Part shown: positions 18,783 through 24,164 of the stretch, one piece after another | Layout of the letters: each line of letters starts with the position of its first letter | Position numbering within the stretch: the first letter of the stretch is position 1 | Origin: Candidatus Methylomirabilota bacterium | GTDB lineage: Bacteria; Methylomirabilota; Methylomirabilia; Rokubacteriales; CSP1-6 | Direction of reading: 5' to 3' | Length of the DNA stretch: 24,164 nt | Assembly: GCA_046726415.1 (NCBI GenBank) | Contig: JBKPAK010000270.1 | Coordinates: forward strand, 1 to 24,164 | Translations under genes and position numbers: made by a program | The notes under the pieces: model-generated | Database searches by the model: none | What the model saw: only the letters and a program-made list of their open reading frames with translations | What the model was told of the DNA's origin: nothing

Positions 18783-19570
18783 ATGACAGAGGTCCCGGCG
18801 ACGACAGGTCACTCGACCGGCCACCCTGACGTCGACGCCATGCTCGCAGAGCTGCTTGCGGGCGTGCGTGGCGCGCTCGGGCCTCAGCTCGTCGGCGTGT
18901 ATCTCGACGGGTCGCTCGCGACCCGCGACTTCGCGGAGCACAGCAGCGACATCGACGTTCTCGTCGTGACGGAAGACGTGCTCTCGGACGAGGCCGTCGC
19001 CGCGCTCGCCACGATGCACGCGCGGATCGCGAGGGGAACGTCGAGGTGGGCTCGAGAGCTGGAGGTCTCATACATCCCGCGCCGGGCGCTCCGCCGCTTC
19101 GATCCCGACGACAATTGCCATCCTGTATCGAGCGTGGCAGCGGTCGGCTCACCGTCGAGACGCACGACCGCGACTGGGTGATTCACCGGCACGTGGTCCG
19201 TGAGCACGGAGTCGCACTCGCCGGCCCGGATCCGCGCACGCTCATCGATCCGGTCGGTGTCGGAGACCTGCGCAACGCCGTCGTGAGCCTGCTGCATGGC
19301 TGGTGGATGCCGGCGACCACGTGTCGCCGCCGGCTCGACCATCCGTTCTACCGATCGTACGCCGTGCTGACGATGTGCCGCATGCGCTACACGCTGCTGC
19401 ATGGCGTGGTGGTGTCGAAACCGCTCGCCGCGCGCTGGGCGCAAGCGGCGCTGGACGCGAGGTGGACACCGCTGATCCAGGCGGCGCTCGCCTGGTCGAG
19501 TGACATCGTCCCGGATCTCGCCGAGACGCTTCGATTCATCGACGACTCGCGGCAGGCGAGCGCGCGCTGA
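18783..19570 (+). pseudogene. Nucleotidyltransferase of the AadA/ANT-like (DUF4111-type C-terminus) family, one frameshift near 19122
   Basis: LVGVYLDGSLATRDF..SSDIDVLVV (pol-beta NTase GS...DxD), LEVSYIP, VREHGVALAGPDP, YAVLTMCRMRYTL..G.VVSKPLAARWA. Adding one C at CATCC|TGT restores the frame. Confidence 0.85.
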
Positions 19571-19585
19571 CGGAGGCGACAAAAG

Positions 19586-19599
19586 TGATACCGTACGCG
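19586..19599 (+). repeat. 14-bp direct repeat copy 2 (TGATACCGTACGCG)
   Basis: Identical to 18701-18714. It lies upstream of the ABC ATPase fragment. Confidence 0.55.
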
Positions 19600-19635
19600 G
19601 GTCGCAACCCATCCCCACACGGCGGAGGGCCTCGA

Positions 19636-19912
19636 TCACGACCGCAGCCGCTCACCTGCGCACGGAGCGCCTGACGCGGAGCTTCGGCAGGCTCGTCGCC
19701 GTCAGCGCGGTCGACTTCGAGGTGGCCCCGGGCGAGCTCCGCTCGATCATCGGCCCGAACGGCGCGGGCAAGAGCACGTTCTTCAAGCTGATCTCGGGGG
19801 AGCTCGCGCCGACCGCACGGGCGGGTCTTCCTCGACGGCCAGGACATCACCGGCCTGCCCCAGTTCCTCCTGTCGCAGCGGGGGATCGCGAAGTCGTATC
19901 AGATCACCACGG
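19636..19912 (+). pseudogene. Branched-chain amino acid ABC transporter ATP-binding (LivG-like) N-terminal fragment
   Basis: LTRSFGRLVAVSAVDFEVAPGELRSIIGPNGAGKST (Walker A), then after a frameshift GRVFLDGQDITGLPQFLLSQRGIAKSYQIT. It is truncated about 45 bp before the IS. Confidence 0.85.
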
Positions 19913-19958
19913 AGCGTAGGCAACATCAACGCCCTCCGCCCTCGCTCCCCGCTGCTGG

Positions 19959-21271
19959 TGTCCGTCGCCAAAACCCCGTCCGGCGGGGAACTGGTTGATC
20001 TGACGGCCCGAATTCCGCCACTTCTCAGCTCGATGATTACTCTCCTACTCCATCTGCTCCGGCTCCTCCCCTTCCTACTCGGCGGCCACCGCCAGCTCGC
20101 CCTCGAGAACCTGGCCTTGCGCCACCAGCTCTCCGTCTACAAGCGAACGACGACGCGGCCTAAACTTCGTACGACAGACCGGCTCTTCTGGATCGGCCTA
20201 GCCAGAGTCTGGGCCGGGTGGAGGCAGTCCCTCGTGATCGCAACTCCCGACACAGTCCTGCGTTGGCAGCGCCGCCGTTTCCGCGAGCACTGGGCCAAGC
20301 TCTCCGGCCGGCCCACCGTGGGTCGCCCGCCGGTCAACGCCGACATCATCGCCCTCGTCCGAACAATGGCCGCCGCCAATCCGCTGTGGGGCGCCCCCCG
20401 AATCCATGGAGAACTCCTTAAGCTCGGAATTGAAGGGGCCGAGCGTACGGTCTCTCGCCTGCTCCCCAAGCGCCCGACCCCTCCCTCGCAGACCTGGCGC
20501 ACGTTCCTCGCGAACCATGTCCGGGACCTGGTCTCGATCGACTTCTTTACCGTTCCCACCGCTCAGCTCCGGGTGCTCTTTGTCCTGATCGTCCTCGCTC
20601 ACCATCGGCGTCGGGTCCTGCACTTCAACGTCACCGAGCATCCCACCGCGGCGTGGACCGCTCAGCAGATCGTGGACACTTTCCCGGACGACACCGCCCC
20701 TGCCTATCTCCTCCGCGACCGTGACGCGATCTACCGTGACGTCTTCCGTCAACGCGTGAAGGGGATGCGCATCCGAGAGGTCCTCACGGCTCCTCGAAGC
20801 CCGTGGCAGAATCCCTTCGCGGAACGCCTGATCGGCTCGATCCGCGGAGAGTGTCTCAACTATGTCCTCGTATTGAGCGAGCGCCACCTGTGAAACATCC
20901 TCACCGGCACTTCAAGTATTACCACCGCACCCGGACCCACCTCTCTCTCACCAAGGATGCGCCGGACGGGAGACCGGTCCAGCGGCCGGAGCTGGGGAAG
21001 GTCGTGCCCATCCCCGAAGTCGGTGGCCTGCACCATCGATACGTCCGCCGAGCGGCAGAGTCACCTCGCCCGCTCGACCTCGCCATCCCCACCACCTCGC
21101 CTTTCCTCCCACCGACTCCTGTCTCCACCTGGTGGGGTCGCCTTGGATCGCCGCGGCAAGTTGGCTGACACGTCAGCGCCACGCCGGAGTGCTGTTTGAT
21201 CGACGACGCGCTGCTAGCCCAGGGTCCCGGACAACCGCTAGGTCGGGCGGATGGAATTTAGGCGAAGGACA
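19959..21271 (+). mobile_element. Full-length 1313-bp IS (rve integrase, IS481/IS3-like) with imperfect terminal inverted repeats
   Basis: Left end TGTCCGTCGCCAAAACCCCGTCCG versus right end reverse complement TGTCCTTCGCCTAAATTCCATCCG (19/24 identical). Ends are TGT...ACA. No target-site duplication is evident. Confidence 0.85.
20033..21060 (+). pseudogene. Integrase-core transposase with premature TGA (20891-20893) and an adjacent frameshift
   Basis: LALENLALRHQL, TPDTVLRWQR, NPLWGAPRIHGEL, SIDFF (D), LRDRD (D), QNPFAER (E). The C-terminus YYHRTRTHLSLTKDAP...GGLHHRYVRRAA is in another frame. Confidence 0.92.
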
Positions 21272-21303
21272 GCCTTTCCCGACCCGCCCCTCACGTGCGT
21301 GCG

Positions 21304-23118
21304 CTAGACTCTCGTGCGAATCCAACCATGGCGGGTATCGGTCCGCCCGCCGCCCATCTCGACGTACCGCCGTCTCATCCTCGAGAAGTTGTCGTTTACA
21401 AAACCTGGGAACTCGAGCAGCGTCTTCAGGTCGTGCGGGATCAGCTGCTCATAGTTCTCGGGTACGGGGTGGTACTCTCCCTTTCTCCGGCCCCGGTCGT
21501 CGTGGCGGCCGTGGTTACCGGCATGCCGGCGCCGCCTCTCCGTGACAGGGCCTGGCGCTAGGCCGTAGAGGTCGGCCGAGGTCAGGCCGAGAATGAGCCG
21601 CTTGGCGTCGTGATCCAGGCGAGGGTAGCCGTACCGGCGGCGCATCTCCTCAGGGATCTCGAACCGCCACAGGGCCTCGATCTGCCACTGGGGTCCGCCG
21701 TACCAGAGCGAGTCCGAGCCGAATACGATGCGCCTCTCACCCATGAACTTCAGGAGCTGACCCATGATATGGGCGGCCACAGTCGGGAACGTGACCACCG
21801 ACGAGGCCCAGGTCGTTCCGATCTCCGCATAGACGTTCGGGAACGGCTCCGAGAGAATCGCGAACTCGGTGGTCCACAGGATGTCCGGCACTCCCTCCCG
21901 CGTCCGACCTGATTGGATGTCCTGCAAGGCGTTGAAGACCCAGAACCCGGGCCGAATGCAAGAGTGATAGTAGATGAAGTTCAACTGGGGCCAATCGGTG
22001 GCCGCCTTGGGGATATCGGCCGGGTGCCCGAGCTCCGGCTCGGGACCGGCATTCGTCGACAGCCCCTTGTGGACGCAGATGTTCCAGAAGCCGGGGTTTC
22101 GCTTCACCTCCGGTCGGTTCTTCCCAATGAGCTCATACGTGGGGTAGACGACGACTTCGTCGTCCATTCGCCAACGCCGCATGTCGCTCTCCGGGTCGAA
22201 GTCAACCTTGGCGGCCCGGTTGATGTTGTAGCCCTTCCAGGAGTCGGGATGGTAGTTATCGATCTGGAACTGCATGTACTCGAGGTTGCCCACCCCCGGG
22301 AAGAAGAGGCCGTGGCCCAGCAGCCGGGTCGAACCAGCGATCTCGTTGACGAAGTCCCTGACCGCGACCGTCTGCTCGGTGGTGAGGATCGAGCCGGCGA
22401 GGGATTCGGGAATGCTCTTGGGCGGCCGCGGTTCGGCCTCTCCCGGAAGCAGGACGGTGCCCGGCGTCACGTTGCTGAGGATCGCCACCGTCGTCTGGCT
22501 TTCGAGGTACATCCGCTGGATGTACTTTGCGAGGTGGAACTCGCTGCCTACATTCGGCGTTTGGCCGAGCGACGGATTCCACGGCGTCCAGGGGCTGCCG
22601 AGCTCATCGAGTTGCCCTAGAGGGTTGTTGGGGTTCGTCAAGAACCCCGCTACCGTGGATGCCGGGCCCGGCCCTTGCGCGATCGCTCTCAGTCCTCGCG
22701 GGTTGTTCAGCGTAGATCTAACCATGTGGGTCTGGTCGTCGAAGACGAACAGGTTCGATGGGACCCCATTCGCGGCAAAGGCCTGCCTCTCGAACATCTC
22801 GACCGGACTCACGTTGAAGAACCGCCCGAACACCTCGTTCATCGCCAGAAACGACGCGGCCAGGCCCCCAGTGCCGGCCAGGAACTGCCGCCGGCTGATC
22901 CCGAGCTTCTTGGACGCCGCTTCGGCAAGCTCCTTGGTTCTGGCCTCGACCCGCTTCTGCTGCTCGGTCTGGACAAACGGCATGTACTCCCCATTCGAGA
23001 CCATCCGCGTCGGTACCGGAGAGCAGAAGGCTTCTGCCTCTGCCGGCGACAACCTGGCCAGTTGCTCGTCGCTGAACCAGGAATCATCTTCCCGAGACGC
23101 CGGAACGCTCTTGTGCAT
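21304..23118 (-). CDS. Amidohydrolase family protein (TIM-barrel metal-dependent hydrolase), about 605 codons
   Basis: GGGAGGAG RBS before MHKSV. SPVPTRMVSNGEY, SRRQFL, FVFDDQTH, WKGY, ICVHKG, YYHSC, NVYAEIG, IVFGSDSLWYGGPQWQIEA. Intact. Confidence 0.9.
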   Translation of the reverse strand: MHKSVPASREDDSWFSDEQLARLSPAEAEAFCSPVPTRMVSNGEYMPFVQTEQQKRVEARTKELAEAASKKLGISRRQFLAGTGGLAASFLAMNEVFGRFFNVSPVEMFERQAFAANGVPSNLFVFDDQTHMVRSTLNNPRGLRAIAQGPGPASTVAGFLTNPNNPLGQLDELGSPWTPWNPSLGQTPNVGSEFHLAKYIQRMYLESQTTVAILSNVTPGTVLLPGEAEPRPPKSIPESLAGSILTTEQTVAVRDFVNEIAGSTRLLGHGLFFPGVGNLEYMQFQIDNYHPDSWKGYNINRAAKVDFDPESDMRRWRMDDEVVVYPTYELIGKNRPEVKRNPGFWNICVHKGLSTNAGPEPELGHPADIPKAATDWPQLNFIYYHSCIRPGFWVFNALQDIQSGRTREGVPDILWTTEFAILSEPFPNVYAEIGTTWASSVVTFPTVAAHIMGQLLKFMGERRIVFGSDSLWYGGPQWQIEALWRFEIPEEMRRRYGYPRLDHDAKRLILGLTSADLYGLAPGPVTERRRRHAGNHGRHDDRGRRKGEYHPVPENYEQLIPHDLKTLLEFPGFVNDNFSRMRRRYVEMGGGRTDTRHGWIRTRV

Positions 23119-23518
23119 CTGTCTCCTCCCTGTGCCCGATGGCAAGAGAACGCCGGCTGGACCATCTCCCTGGCGCTGCCCCCCGCTGTCTGGACCAGCC
23201 GTGGCCTCCGTGAAGGAAGCCGCCCTGTCGTTCCTCCTCTCATCTCCCCTCTTGGGCTGAACAGAACGCGGCCACGCTTGGCGCCGCCTCCCTAGTGACC
23301 AGCGCGGATGCGCATGTCCACCTCATCGCTCCAAACGCTCTCGCCCACCGGGATCACGATCGACGCCCGTCCGTCAAAAGGTCAGCGCGCGCGTCGAGCC
23401 GGGCACGAGCGCCGCGCCGACATCGCGCGGATCGATGCGGGCAGCGTCGGCCGGTCCTCCATATGAGCGGCACGTGCCGGTTCGTGCGCCCGCACGATGC
23501 CATGGGCTCGGTGAGGAG

Positions 23519-23563
23519 TCTTTCAGGAATTGGTACGAAAGGCGCCTGCTTTTGTCAGGAACT
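23519..23563 (-). promoter_or_regulatory. Candidate AraC-family operator (direct repeat TTCCTGA)
   Basis: Minus strand AGTTCCTGACA and AATTCCTGAAAGAC, with cores 32 bp apart, at the 3' end of the araC-like fragment and upstream of the amidohydrolase. Confidence 0.35.
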
Positions 23564-23810
23564 GATCGCGGCAGATTCTGCCGGTCGCACCGACGCCCGC
23601 TGGTTCCGGTAGGCGGCGGGGTTATGACGTAGGCCCGCCGAAAGGCCGCCGTCAGGTGGGATTGGCTGGAGAAGCCGACGGTCAGCGCCACCTCCGGGAT
23701 CGGCTGGTCGCCGCCGCCCAGGAGAACCCTGGCTCGTTCGAGCCGGCGGTTGACCACGTACTGATGTGGTGGGCATCCGGTGAGCCGCTTGAACTCCCGC
23801 GTTACGATCA
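23555..23810 (-). pseudogene. AraC family transcriptional regulator, C-terminal HTH fragment
   Basis: REFKRLTGCPPHQYVVNRRLERARVLL...IPEVALTVGFSSQSHLTAAFRRAY, then frameshifted (C-run) TPAAYR. The N-terminal part is absent. Confidence 0.85.
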
Positions 23811-23879
23811 ACGCCAGCTGTTCTTCGACGCCAGCCACCGCCCATGCACGCACGCCAAGGACAAGGTTAGTCCGAAGAG

Positions 23880-24164
23880 GGCGACAACAACACCGCCACG
23901 GGGCCCCGCGCCCTCTTCAGCAACACCACGGGCGTCAGCAACACCGCCACGGGGGCCGTCGCCCTCTTCAGCAACACCACGGGCGAAGAAAACACCGCCC
24001 TGGGGGATGGCGCCCTCTTCAGCAACACCACGGGCCTCGGCAACACCGCCGTGGGGTTCACCGCCCTCGTCGGCAACACCACGGGCAACCTCAACATCGC
24101 CCTGGGGACCGGCGCGGGGTTCAACGTGACGACCGGCAGTAACAACATCCATATCTACGACGCC
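23880..24164 (+). pseudogene. 5'-truncated paralogue of the 17-aa-repeat/tail-fibre-domain gene; runs off the window end
   Basis: GDNNTATGPRALFSNTTGVSNTATGAVALFSNTTGEENTALGDGALFSNTTGLGNTAVGFTALVGNTTGNLNIALGTGAGFNVTTGSNNIHIYDA. 51-bp units start at 23889, 23940, 23991, 24042, 24093 and 24144. There is an in-frame TAG at 23868-23870 and no start codon before the repeats. Confidence 0.85.

Noticed and set aside
349-19959. Composite transposon bounded by the two rve elements
   Set aside because: Their termini differ (TGTATGG versus TGTCCGT) and their transposases are divergent, so they are not a matched pair.
10551-24164. Two similar repeat blocks as a DGR template/variable pair
   Set aside because: There is no reverse transcriptase in the window and the differences are not adenine-specific.

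Overview
High-GC bacterial accessory region. The gene families and IS types resemble Ca. Rokubacteria/Methylomirabilota, which is an inference. Two kinds of DNA alternate. (i) Intact metabolic genes: an M20 Zn-dependent N-carbamoylase/allantoate amidohydrolase-like gene, a PBP2-fold protein with no signal peptide, a five-gene minus-strand operon (amidohydrolase_2, SDR, two CE4/PuuE-like deacetylases, amidase), a 605-aa amidohydrolase, and a secreted 17-aa-repeat protein with a C-terminal S74 chaperone domain. (ii) A dense mosaic of truncated or frameshifted genes abutting one another, with three IS relics: two rve-integrase elements with TGT ends (one bounded at 19959-21271 by imperfect TIRs) and an IS3-type core fragment. 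The best candidates for an undescribed system only appear after frameshift reconstruction. One is a co-directional alpha/beta-hydrolase - clostripain (C11; catalytic Cys codon reads Ser) - thermonuclease module at 9714->6902, with a TGATG stop/start overlap. The other is a split PD-(D/E)xK nuclease-like gene at 4088->3157. No rRNA, tRNA or CRISPR array was recognised.
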